DNA of 24,244 bases, taken from assembly GCF_900167395.1 (NCBI RefSeq), contig NZ_FUWK01000041.1:1-24244 (forward strand). The letters are read 5' to 3'. The position numbers were made by a program, and so were the translations under genes. Origin of the DNA: Nitrosomonas europaea. Lineage in GTDB: Bacteria; Pseudomonadota; Gammaproteobacteria; Burkholderiales; Nitrosomonadaceae. The notes under the pieces are model-generated. The model was not told the origin of the DNA and did no database searches. It worked only from the letters and a program-made list of their open reading frames with translations. This document shows positions 8,458-17,007 of this stretch, one piece after another (the stretch's first letter is position 1; every line of letters starts with the position of its first letter).

Positions 8458-8880
8458 TCATTTCTTCACCAGCGGCAGATTCTCCCGCCGCCAGGTATCG
8501 ATACCACCGTTCAGATTGAATACCTGTTTGAAGCCGTTCTTGCGTAGAACAGCCCCCGCCCGTCCAACGCGCAATCCGGGAGTAAAGATAATGACGACAG
8601 GCTTATCCTTGAACTTTTCCAGCTCCTGCCAGCGATCTTCAATCTTCTCCGCTGGAATATGTTTGGCATTAGGTGGATGGCCACCGGCATATTCACTGTC
8701 ATCTCTGACATCCAGCACCAGTGCATCCTCGTAATTTATCAGCCGGATGGCTCGTTTCGGATCGATATCACGGACAGAATTACGCGCGACTACCGGCCAC
8801 AGCAGCATACCGCCGCTCAGCATGGCCGCTATGATAAAAAAAATATTGTCCACCAGAAATGTTGATTCCATATGATGCAT
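8458..8880 (-). CDS. Membrane-anchored rhodanese-domain protein (YibN-like). It contains no Cys at all.
   Basis: N-terminal TM helix (FFIIAAMLSGGMLLWPVV) followed by a rhodanese fold (ALVLDVRDDSEYAGGHPPNAKHIP...KPVVIIFTPGLRVGRAG...NLNGGIDTWRRENLPL). It lies upstream of grxC-secB-gpsA, as yibN does in E. coli. The start could be ATG 8880 or 8871. Confidence 0.85.
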   Translation of the reverse strand: MHHMESTFLVDNIFFIIAAMLSGGMLLWPVVARNSVRDIDPKRAIRLINYEDALVLDVRDDSEYAGGHPPNAKHIPAEKIEDRWQELEKFKDKPVVIIFTPGLRVGRAGAVLRKNGFKQVFNLNGGIDTWRRENLPLVKK

Positions 8881-9018
8881 CCAGAGCCGGCAAAAACTGC
8901 TATTTTAACAAAGTACTTGTGAAACTCCATTCCATTGTGATGAATATATCCTGGCAATCAGGCAGTTTCTTATGGGATAGGTTACGATAATAGCTTTTCA
9001 TCACACGAATCTTCGTTT

Positions 9019-10248
9019 ATGCCAGTCAACATTCCTCCTTTACTACCCGAACAACTGCTGCCGATCCCCGGCCTGTCACTAGGTACAGCAGAAGCCAGTA
9101 TCAAACGGCCCGGCCGTAAGGATATACTCGTCATCACGCTGGCAGAAAATACACGGGTTGCAGGTGTGTTCACCCGGAATCGATTCTGTGCCGCGCCTGT
9201 CACGGTCGCCCGATCACATCTTACGGGTTCGCTGCCGATCCGTGCACTGGTGATCAATACCGGTAACGCCAATGCCGGCACCGGTCAGTCCGGCATCGAT
9301 CATGCACACGCCACCTGTGCTTCACTGGCCAGGCTCATCGGCTGCCAGACCCAACAGGTACTGCCTTTTTCTACCGGTGTCATCATGGAGCCGCTGCCGG
9401 TAGAAAAAATCATCACCCATCTTCCGCAGGCCCTGGCAAATCTGGCACCAGACAACTGGTTCGCCGCTGCACAGGCGATCATGACGACCGACATCGTGCC
9501 CAAAGGAGTTTCCCGTCAGATCCAGATAAACGGCACAACAGTCACCATTACCGGAATTGCCAAAGGCTCGGGAATGATCCACCCGAACATGGCCACTATG
9601 CTCGGATATATCGCCACTGATGCGGCCGTGACACAACCCTTGCTCGACGACCTGGTGCGTTACGCAACTGATCGATCCTTCAACTGCGTCACCGTGGATG
9701 GAGATACCTCCACCAACGATGCACTGATCCTGATGGCCACCGGACAGGCTGGCAATACGCCGATTACTGTATCAACCGACCCTGCTTTCATCTCACTACA
9801 GGCAGCCATCACCGAAGTGGCCGCCCTGCTGGCACAAATGATCGTGCGTGACGGTGAAGGCGCCACCAAATTCATCACCGTTCAAGTGGAAAGTGGCAAA
9901 ACCCGGGAAGAATGCACTAAAGTTGCTTACGCCATCGCTCACTCTCCACTGATCAAAACAGCCTGCTTTGCGTCCGACCCCAATCTGGGACGGATTCTGG
10001 CAGCCATCGGCTATGCCGGTATTGAAGATCTGGATGTTAATCTGGTTCAGCTTTACCTGGGCAATATTCTGGTTGCCGAACACGGAGGCCGTGCCGCCAG
10101 CTATCGTGAAGAAGACGGTCAGCGCATCATGCAGGCACCGGAAATCACCATACAGGTGAAACTCAACCGGGGAAACGCGTCCACTACCGTATGGACCTGC
10201 GATCTTTCCTACGATTACGTCAAAATCAACGCCGATTACCGCAGCTAA
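9019..10248 (+). CDS. argJ: Bifunctional ornithine acetyltransferase / N-acetylglutamate synthase ArgJ.
   Basis: A 409-aa product with the self-cleavage site block [28 protein letters not shown], and the C-terminal [16 protein letters not shown]. Confidence 0.93.
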   Translation: MPVNIPPLLPEQLLPIPGLSLGTAEASIKRPGRKDILVITLAENTRVAGVFTRNRFCAAPVTVARSHLTGSLPIRALVINTGNANAGTGQSGIDHAHATCASLARLIGCQTQQVLPFSTGVIMEPLPVEKIITHLPQALANLAPDNWFAAAQAIMTTDIVPKGVSRQIQINGTTVTITGIAKGSGMIHPNMATMLGYIATDAAVTQPLLDDLVRYATDRSFNCVTVDGDTSTNDALILMATGQAGNTPITVSTDPAFISLQAAITEVAALLAQMIVRDGEGATKFITVQVESGKTREECTKVAYAIAHSPLIKTACFASDPNLGRILAAIGYAGIEDLDVNLVQLYLGNILVAEHGGRAASYREEDGQRIMQAPEITIQVKLNRGNASTTVWTCDLSYDYVKINADYRS

Positions 10249-10254
10249 CCCGCT

Positions 10255-11148
10255 ATGAACGATCCTGAATCGATTTTCCAACGACTCGACCGACTGCTGG
10301 CCCGTATCGAGGATACGCTGCCCGTCCGGCCACAGCACGCCGACCCTGCTGAATATATTGCCTTGCGCTGGCGCAAACACGGCGATACCGGCTATCTGCA
10401 AGCGATAAACCATCCGCATACGATTACGCTGAATGAGCTGCTGAACATCGAAGAGCAGAAACAGACACTCGACCGCAATACCCTACAATTCGTTTCAGGA
10501 CTTCCAGCCAATAATGTATTGCTGACCGGCGCGCGCGGCACTGGTAAATCCTCTCTGATAAAAGCTTTGCTGAACCGCTATGCTGACCGGGGCTTGCGGA
10601 TGATCGAAGTGGATAAGCTGGGGCTCACCGATCTGCCCGATATCATTGAGTTCATCGGCCAGCGTCCGGAACGCTTCATTCTGTATTGCGATGACCTGTC
10701 ATTCGAAGCCGATGAACCAGGTTACAAAGCGCTGAAAGTCGTTCTCGACGGCTCCATCTCTACCGCATCCGACAACGTACTGATCTACGCCACTTCCAAC
10801 CGCCGCCATCTGATACCGGAATTCATGCATGAAAATCTGGCAACCCGGCACGTGGATGGCGAAATTCATCCTGGAGAAGCTACTGAGGAAAAAATTTCCC
10901 TGTCGGAACGTTTTGGCTTGTGGCTGTCTTTCTATCCATTTGATCAGGAACAATATCTGGAAATCGTCCGTCACTGGCTCTCGCAACATGGCATCAGCAG
11001 ACTGTCCGGCCCGGCCCGGCAGGAAGCACTTCGCTGGGCACTGGCACGTGGTTCCCGCAACGGGCGGGTCGCCCGCCAATTCGCTCGGGACTGGGCAGGG
11101 CAGCAAAAACTGGCAAAAACCGAACCGGTCAGAGTCGACAAGGAATAG
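10255..11148 (+). CDS. DUF815-family P-loop (AAA-like) ATPase of unknown function.
   Basis: A 297-aa product with Walker A LLTGARGTGKSS and Walker B FILYCDDLSF, followed by SNRRHL. Overall it resembles the conserved 'ATP-binding protein, DUF815' family. Confidence 0.8.
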   Translation: MNDPESIFQRLDRLLARIEDTLPVRPQHADPAEYIALRWRKHGDTGYLQAINHPHTITLNELLNIEEQKQTLDRNTLQFVSGLPANNVLLTGARGTGKSSLIKALLNRYADRGLRMIEVDKLGLTDLPDIIEFIGQRPERFILYCDDLSFEADEPGYKALKVVLDGSISTASDNVLIYATSNRRHLIPEFMHENLATRHVDGEIHPGEATEEKISLSERFGLWLSFYPFDQEQYLEIVRHWLSQHGISRLSGPARQEALRWALARGSRNGRVARQFARDWAGQQKLAKTEPVRVDKE

Positions 11149-11149
11149 C

Positions 11150-12085
11150 ATGGCCGGTCCGTCGCTGGTTGAAGTTGCTGCTGCCGTTCTCATTCGCCCG
11201 GATGACAGTTTTCTGCTTGCCTGCCGGCCAGATGGAAAACCTTACGCCGGTTATTGGGAATTTCCGGGTGGAAAGATCGAAACAGGCGAATCTCCACTTC
11301 AGGCGCTCGCGCGTGAATTGGATGAAGAACTTGGCATCACCGTTCGCCAGGCCACCCCCTGGCTGACACGGACATTCAGCTATCCGCATGCCACTGTACG
11401 GCTTCGGTTCTACCGGGTGACTGACTGGCACGGCGAGCTCACCCCCCGTGAACGACAACAGTTCGCCTGGCAGACAGCTGAAAACATCACCGTTTCCCCG
11501 TTGCTTCCAGCTAATACACCCATTCTGCGCAGCTTGGCATTACCTTCAATTTATGCCGTTACCCGTACAGTTGAAACAGACATAGAAGCGTCACTGTTAT
11601 CCATCGGGCAAACTCTCGGCAACGGCGTGAAACTGCTGCAAATCCGCCAGAAAGCAATGTCACACGACCAGCTGGAACATTTCAGCAGGACTGCACTGCA
11701 ACTGGCCCGAAGTTATCAGGCTACCGTACTGATCAATGAAAATATACCGCTTGCGCAGACGCTTCAAGCAGATGGCGTTCATCTGACCGCTGCTCAGTTG
11801 CGATCCCTGCACTCCCGCCCTGCTGTCAATTGGTGTGGCGCTTCCTGTCACAACGAACAGGAACTTCAGCGCGCAGAACGACTGGGAGTCGATTTCGTTA
11901 CTCTGAGTCCCGTGCAACCCACCCTCAGTCACCCCGGCGCAGCTGCATTGGGATGGAAAGAATTTGCCGCGCTCATCCGGGATTACCCGCTGCCAGTTTA
12001 CGCGCTGGGTGGATTGCTGCCGGCTGATCTGGAAACTGCCCGGGAATATGGTGCCCATGGTATCGCCATGATGCGTAGTATCTGA
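11150..12085 (+). CDS. Nudix hydrolase (MutT-like) fused to a thiamine-phosphate-synthase-like (ThiE/TenI fold) domain.
   Basis: ATG 11150 lies just after the DUF815 stop. The N-terminus VEVAAAVLIRPDDSFLLACRPDGKPYAGYWEFPGGKIETGESPLQALARELDEELGI contains a full Nudix box (GX5EX7REUXEEXGU). The C-terminal half (VKLLQIRQK...GVHLTAAQL...GASCHNEQELQRAERLGVDFVTLSPV..PTLSHPG...PVYALGGL) is TMP-synthase/TIM-barrel-like. The ORF-track start at 10829 overlaps the previous gene out of frame. Confidence 0.85.
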   Translation: MAGPSLVEVAAAVLIRPDDSFLLACRPDGKPYAGYWEFPGGKIETGESPLQALARELDEELGITVRQATPWLTRTFSYPHATVRLRFYRVTDWHGELTPRERQQFAWQTAENITVSPLLPANTPILRSLALPSIYAVTRTVETDIEASLLSIGQTLGNGVKLLQIRQKAMSHDQLEHFSRTALQLARSYQATVLINENIPLAQTLQADGVHLTAAQLRSLHSRPAVNWCGASCHNEQELQRAERLGVDFVTLSPVQPTLSHPGAAALGWKEFAALIRDYPLPVYALGGLLPADLETAREYGAHGIAMMRSI

Positions 12086-12113
12086 TCTCTGTTTTGCAGC
12101 ATTACCCGGACTT

Positions 12114-13307
12114 TCAAACCAGATAGGTATCCACCCCGCTCAGCAGCAAATCGTACTGCGCCTCGACAATCTCTTTGATGGCCAGCGCAGGAACCCCCGT
12201 CACCACATTGTTTTCAACTGCCAGCCAGCCTACCGCATCTTCCGGACCCAGACTGACCACATATCCCAGATCATGATGCAGATAAGGCTCAAGCACTTTG
12301 AGCACACCGGAATGGCGCAAAATATTACGGGCAGCCAGTTTTCCCTTGCGCACCGCCGACTGGGCAGTCATTGTATTCGATCCCAATGATGGATAAACCG
12401 AACAATCCCCGGCCGCAAATATATTTCCCAATGGCTTGCCGTCCACCATCACCTGACCGAATGCATTGGTCTTGATCAGATTGTCCTGCCTGTTACCGGT
12501 GAATACCAGTGAAAGAACAGAAGGCAATTCGAAATGCCGTCCGCTGGTTTTATCCTCCAGCAAAACTGTGTCAGCACGCTGCTCCAGAAAACATACTCCC
12601 GGATAAAATTCGATATCCAGTTCCAGCATGCGCATTTCGACATAACGGGCAAATCCTCCCGGATACCGCTGCAGCACTCGTTCATTGTCATCCACCAGTT
12701 GCAAGCCATGATTGATCCGGCGGCGACGCAAGTAACCCGCCAGCTCGAACAAAAACTGAATACCAGTCGCCCCGCCACCTACGACAGAAATGCAGGAGGG
12801 TGCAGTATTTCCCGCCCTATCCTGTGTTGCCAGAAATCTGTCCAGCAGATCCGCACCGGAAACCGTGAAGAAATTTTCCAGACGAACTATATTTTCCGCA
12901 TCTGCCGCAGTACGCTCATCTGTCTCATTCCGGGTGAACGATCTTGCACCCGATGCCACCAGCAGATAATCGAACGGAACTTGCTGATCATCCACCTGCA
13001 GGTAGCGATCACGCTGCCACTGGCACAACATCGATTCATCTACTGCCAGCGCGCTGCGAATATGACGACACCCGAAACGCTGTTCCAGAAATGCATACGG
13101 CACCAGAAAATCAGACAACGGATAGCGAAAGGTTTCATGAAGATGAGTAATCTTGAGATGATCGATCCCCGGATCGATCAGCGTGATCTCCGCATCCGGG
13201 CTGTATCGGTGCAACGTAACCAGCGCCGCGATCCCGGCATAACCGCCACCAACAATTACGATTTTCAGCCGCCTGCCTTTCGGTATATACAATGGCAGAA
13301 AAGCCAT
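12114..13307 (-). CDS. FAD/NAD(P)-dependent pyridine-nucleotide-disulfide-type oxidoreductase (NDH-2-like).
   Basis: A 397-aa product with two dinucleotide-binding motifs (KIVIVGGGYAGIAA and ISVVGGGATGIQF) and an FAAGDC block. Strong RBS GGAGGAG upstream of ATG 13307. Confidence 0.85.
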   Translation of the reverse strand: MAFLPLYIPKGRRLKIVIVGGGYAGIAALVTLHRYSPDAEITLIDPGIDHLKITHLHETFRYPLSDFLVPYAFLEQRFGCRHIRSALAVDESMLCQWQRDRYLQVDDQQVPFDYLLVASGARSFTRNETDERTAADAENIVRLENFFTVSGADLLDRFLATQDRAGNTAPSCISVVGGGATGIQFLFELAGYLRRRRINHGLQLVDDNERVLQRYPGGFARYVEMRMLELDIEFYPGVCFLEQRADTVLLEDKTSGRHFELPSVLSLVFTGNRQDNLIKTNAFGQVMVDGKPLGNIFAAGDCSVYPSLGSNTMTAQSAVRKGKLAARNILRHSGVLKVLEPYLHHDLGYVVSLGPEDAVGWLAVENNVVTGVPALAIKEIVEAQYDLLLSGVDTYLV

Positions 13308-13419
13308 TCATCTCCTCCCTTCCACACGTTGATCAACAGAAACTAGCGTAGCATGGATATATCCGCCCGGTCACGCGCTCTGCGCCCGCTCCGGAAAGCA
13401 TGCCCCCAACGGACTGACG

Positions 13420-13425
13420 TATAAT
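13420..13425 (+). promoter_or_regulatory. Candidate -10 hexamer for mpl.
   Basis: Perfect TATAAT 51 nt upstream of the mpl ATG. No convincing -35 or TG extension, so this is weak. Confidence 0.25.
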
Positions 13426-13475
13426 CGGCAGTCGCCACATCATTTCATTTTCAACCACCCACAGCCGGAACATTC

Positions 13476-14840
13476 ATGCACATCCACATTCTCGGAATCT
13501 GCGGCACCTTCATGGGCGGTCTGGCGGTACTGGCACGTGCAGCCGGCCACACCGTCACCGGCTGTGACGCCAATGTCTATCCACCGATGAGCACGCAGCT
13601 TCGCGATCAGCAAATCGAGCTGATCGAAGGTTATGATGCTGATCAGATCAAACTGAAACCGGATCTGTTCGTCATCGGTAATGTCGTCTCGCGCGGTAAT
13701 CCGCTGATGGAAGCGATTCTCGATGCCCACCTGCCTTACCTGTCCGGCCCGCAATGGCTGGCACAACACCTGCTGCACAACCGGTGGGTATTGGCAGTTG
13801 CGGGCACGCACGGCAAAACCACCACCAGTTCGATGCTTGCCTGGATACTGGAATACGCCGGGCTCTCTCCCGGATTTCTGATCGGTGGTGTTCCGGAGAA
13901 TTTCGGTCTGTCTGCCCGTCTGGGGATCATCGAAGCAGAGCAGACACCTTCCCCTTTCTTCGTCATCGAAGCGGACGAGTACGACACTGCTTTTTTTGAC
14001 AAGCGCTCCAAGTTCGTACACTACCAGCCAAGAACGGTGGTACTCAACAACCTTGAATACGATCATGCAGATATTTTCCCGGATCTGGCCGCGATCGAAC
14101 GCCAGTTTCATCATCTTATCCGCATCGTTCCCCGCAATGGACTGCTCGTCGTCAACGGGCAGGATACTGCGTTACAGCGAGTATTGAATCAAGGCTGCTG
14201 GACGCCGGTAGAACAGTTTGATGTGGACGATGGCTGGCAAATCACCATGGAGCAGAATGAAAGTCTGTCAGTCCGTTTTCAGGGAGTGTCGCAAGGAATA
14301 CTGCATTGGGAATTGCTGGGAGAACATAATTGCATGAATGCCCTGGCTGCATTGGCTGCAGCCAGGCATGCCGGCGTACCGGCGCAACTCGGTATCGAAG
14401 CTTTGTCCCGCTTCAAGAACGTGAAACGACGTATGGAACTGCGCGGTGTCATCAACGATATTCATGTTTATGATGATTTTGCACACCACCCCACTGCCAT
14501 CCGCACGACACTGGCCGGATTGCGCGCCAAAATCGGCCAAGCACGCATCATCGCCGTGCTGGAGCCACGTTCCAACACCATGAAACTCGGCGTCTGGCAG
14601 AATGATCTCGCAGCCAGTCTGGATCAGGCTGACCAGATTTTCTGCTATGCCCACCAGATTGGCTGGAATATCGATTCAGCTCTCGCTTCTCTCGACGATA
14701 AAACCGAAATCCATCACGACCTGACCACCATGATCAGCGCCATTGCAGCCACCGCACACCCGGGAGATCATATCCTGATCATGAGCAACGGCAGCTTCAG
14801 CGGCCTGCACGACAAATTGCTTGATACACTTCGCACCTGA
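13476..14840 (+). CDS. mpl: UDP-N-acetylmuramate:L-alanyl-gamma-D-glutamyl-meso-diaminopimelate ligase (murein peptide ligase).
   Basis: A 454-aa product. MHIHILGICGTFMGGLAVLARAAGHTVTGCDANVYPPMSTQL.. is nearly collinear with E. coli Mpl. P-loop AGTHGKTTTSSM, plus EADEYD and DDFAHHP blocks. Confidence 0.94.
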   Translation: MHIHILGICGTFMGGLAVLARAAGHTVTGCDANVYPPMSTQLRDQQIELIEGYDADQIKLKPDLFVIGNVVSRGNPLMEAILDAHLPYLSGPQWLAQHLLHNRWVLAVAGTHGKTTTSSMLAWILEYAGLSPGFLIGGVPENFGLSARLGIIEAEQTPSPFFVIEADEYDTAFFDKRSKFVHYQPRTVVLNNLEYDHADIFPDLAAIERQFHHLIRIVPRNGLLVVNGQDTALQRVLNQGCWTPVEQFDVDDGWQITMEQNESLSVRFQGVSQGILHWELLGEHNCMNALAALAAARHAGVPAQLGIEALSRFKNVKRRMELRGVINDIHVYDDFAHHPTAIRTTLAGLRAKIGQARIIAVLEPRSNTMKLGVWQNDLAASLDQADQIFCYAHQIGWNIDSALASLDDKTEIHHDLTTMISAIAATAHPGDHILIMSNGSFSGLHDKLLDTLRT

Positions 14841-14881
14841 TCCGGTACATCTCTCTGAACTCCATCATTACCATCGCCCGC

Positions 14882-14916
14882 AAAAAAAACACCCCACCGA
14901 AACTCCAGCGGGGTGT
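14882..14916 (-). terminator. Rho-independent terminator oriented for minus-strand transcripts (downstream of the OMP gene).
   Basis: On the minus strand, ACACCCC (14916-14910), a 14-nt loop, GGGGTGT (14895-14889) and then T8 (A8 on the plus strand, 14882-14889). On the plus strand the hairpin is not followed by a U-tract. Confidence 0.7.
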
Positions 14917-15065
14917 AAAGGCTTCGTCACAAAATCGTTACTGCATGGGCTTTGACTTTGCCCGAAGCAAGAAGAGAGAAATACTCATCACTACTGAGAA
15001 AAACACACTACGATTACAACGACTTCCCCATCAACCATCTACTTCAAAATAATAACCAGGTAGCT

Positions 15066-15932
15066 TTAGAATCCAATTCCGAGATAACCGCCAACGGTAA
15101 ACCCGTTGACATTCACTCCATCAATCTTACCGCCTGCCAGCTGATATCTGGCATCGGCCCCAACATAAATTGCTTTCCAGATGTTGTAATCAGCACCCAC
15201 CCCGAACATGACACCCGGCTGCAGCACCGTAATGGATTCAGACGGCGGGCTGATGACATGCAAAGCCAGTCCGGCCGGGATGATCCATGGTCTGAACCGG
15301 TTTCCTTCCAGAAACTTGATTTTTGGTGCTGCGGTGAGCGTAAACTGGCTGACTGTCACTTTACGCGGATTAAGCGCCCCGCCTGCCAGCTGAGTTGGAT
15401 TATTAGCCAGTGCATTCCCCGAAACACTATTGCTGAACTGTTTGTATTCAAACATCAGCTCGGCAAACACACTGGTCCCCGGCAGAAAACCCCACACATC
15501 ATTGGTCAGATTGAAATCAAAACCAGCGCCGATATACCAGGCATCTTTTCCGGCCTGATCCTGCGCTCCGACAGGAGCAACATCACTCTGGATGGAAACG
15601 CCATTACGAGTATGGTTGCTATGTGCAAAACCACCCCGGAAAAACACCATGTGCTTGCCGCTCTCCCCTGCACTTTTTTGCGCCCCGACAGAAGCAACCG
15701 ATTGCTCGTTTTCCCGGATTTTCTGTTCATTTCTTACAGTATCCGTCTTGACCCTGTCCAACTCACCCCGGATAGACTGCAGTTGCTCTTCCAACAATTT
15801 GATTTGTGCTTCCAGAGCCTGTGTCGATGTACTGTCAGCAAATACCTGAGGTGCGCTCAACAATGTTGAAATACTCAGCATGCCGGCTGTAACACTTAAA
15901 ACTGCACGCTTTCCGATAACATAACGATTCAC
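15066..15932 (-). CDS. Outer-membrane beta-barrel protein with an N-terminal coiled-coil segment (porin/OmpW-Opa-like class, family not identified).
   Basis: GTG 15932 is preceded by AGGAG. Signal peptide ..LSISTLLSAPQVFA/DS. A heptad-like helix follows (ALEAQIKLLEEQLQSIRGELDRVKTDTVRNEQKIRENEQ). About 200 aa of alternating amphipathic strands end in the OMP signature ..GGYLGIGF (C-terminal Phe). Confidence 0.8.
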   Translation of the reverse strand: MNRYVIGKRAVLSVTAGMLSISTLLSAPQVFADSTSTQALEAQIKLLEEQLQSIRGELDRVKTDTVRNEQKIRENEQSVASVGAQKSAGESGKHMVFFRGGFAHSNHTRNGVSIQSDVAPVGAQDQAGKDAWYIGAGFDFNLTNDVWGFLPGTSVFAELMFEYKQFSNSVSGNALANNPTQLAGGALNPRKVTVSQFTLTAAPKIKFLEGNRFRPWIIPAGLALHVISPPSESITVLQPGVMFGVGADYNIWKAIYVGADARYQLAGGKIDGVNVNGFTVGGYLGIGF

Positions 15933-16003
15933 TCGTTTCTCCTTTTTTTATGTGCTTGGATATGTTGTATGGCAAATACTAAATAGTTAACGATCCGGAT
16001 ACT

Positions 16004-16017
16004 TTGATCTAAGTCAA
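16004..16017 (-). promoter_or_regulatory. FNR/CRP-family binding box (TTGAT-N4-GTCAA) positioned as a class II activator site for the OMP gene.
   Basis: TTGATCTAAGTCAA matches the FNR consensus TTGAT-N4-ATCAA at 9 of 10 positions. On the minus strand a TAGTAT -10 hexamer (15981-15976) places the predicted start near 15969, which puts the box centre at about -41.5. The OMP start codon is at 15932. Confidence 0.45.
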
Positions 16018-16294
16018 AACAAAGCTGTTTTCCGTCATTCCTTTCGATAAATGCCAGCCGGGATCGTTACCTTCCCGTTTGACTCACGCTTTTCACCATT
16101 CAGGAAATCCGGATCAGGCTGAAACGCCACCCCCCTCACGGTCGTTTTGCTAATAAATCCAGCCAAACAGGGCATAAATGTTGCAGGCACTGGTACATTT
16201 ACCAATGGATGTTAGATAATTACCAGCGCAATCATCCTGACCCACATCAAGAAAACCTGCTTTCCACTTGCTGCCCGGAGACATTATTTCGGCC

Positions 16295-17005
16295 ATGATT
16301 CGTACACTCTATTCCGATACGCCTTTTCCCCCGCTGGAACAGGCACTGATCGAACCCAATGGTCTGCTGGCTGCGGGCGGAGATCTGTCACCAGAACGCC
16401 TGATCTCCGCTTACCGCCAGGGAATCTTTCCCTGGTTCAATCCAGGGGAAATCATCCTGTGGTGGAGTCCAGATCCAAGAATGGTACTGTTTCCCCGAGA
16501 ATTAAAAATTTCACGTTCACTGCACAAAACCCTGAAGAAGAATGACTACCAGATCCGCACGGACAGCGCCTTCACCGAAGTCATGCAAGCCTGTGCCGCG
16601 CCGCGTGAGGACCAGGCAGGTACATGGATACACGAGGAAATGATCGCGGCTTACACCGCGCTGCATCAGATGGGGGTGGCACACTCGGTCGAAACCTGGA
16701 TAGAGGGCGAACTGGCCGGTGGACTATACGGCGTAGCCATTGGCAGGGCTTTTTTTGGAGAATCGATGTTTTCCCGAGCGACCGATGCATCCAAGATTGC
16801 ACTGGTTCATCTGGCCAGACAACTGGAAAATTGGGGCTATGGCCTGATCGACTGCCAGATGAAAACTGCACATTTGATGTCGATGGGTGCACGGGAAATC
16901 CCAAGATCACAATTCTCCAAACGGCTGAATCAACTGAACGCTCTACCCGGCCAAAACAGAAAATGGTATTTCGACTTTACCTATCCCGGGCGATCGGAGC
17001 AGTGA
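16295..17005 (+). CDS. aat: Leucyl/phenylalanyl-tRNA--protein transferase.
   Basis: [77 protein letters not shown].. are canonical L/F-transferase blocks. ATG 16295 is preferred over TTG 16268. Confidence 0.92.
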
Positions 17006-17007
17006 CT

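Noticed and set aside
8881-9018. A possible ARG box or operator upstream of argJ (TGATGAATATATCC; small palindrome ACGAA-TC-TTCGT).
   Set aside because: There is only a partial resemblance to the enterobacterial ARG-box consensus, with no tandem pair. The palindrome arms are only 5 bp.
9796-10419. A 207-aa minus-strand ORF spanning the argJ/DUF815 junction. Similar cases are 1085-1573 (-) and 10699-11193 (-).
   Set aside because: They are antisense to well-supported genes and cross a gene boundary, with no recognisable domains.
10829-11149. N-terminal extensions suggested by the ORF track: 10829 for the Nudix fusion, 16624 for bpt, 5376 for ppiD, 7186 for gpsA, 2534 for fabI, 19974 for mntA, 20407 for hepT and 17691 for pyrD.
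   Set aside because: The extensions overlap the preceding gene out of frame or add residues unlike the family N-termini. Internal starts give canonical N-termini and tight gene junctions.
12534-14114. Long antisense ORFs 12534-13346 (+, 270 aa) and 13440-14114 (-, 224 aa).
   Set aside because: They oppose the NDH-2-like gene and mpl respectively, both of which have unambiguous motifs. Neither antisense ORF has independent support.
14952-15869. A 305-aa plus-strand ORF (TTG start), the longest unexplained ORF in the window.
   Set aside because: It is antisense to the OMP gene, which has an RBS, a signal peptide, amphipathic strands and a C-terminal Phe. The antisense product has no motif, is Cys-rich and low in complexity, and needs a TTG start without an RBS.
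15993-16114. The 8-bp palindrome ATCCGGAT occurs twice in the OMP/aat intergenic region (15993-16000 and 16107-16114), and again at 1440-1447 and 23679-23686.
   Set aside because: Four hits against about 0.4 expected is only mildly enriched. The flanks are dissimilar and one copy lies inside a coding remnant. This is not enough to call a repeat family or operator.
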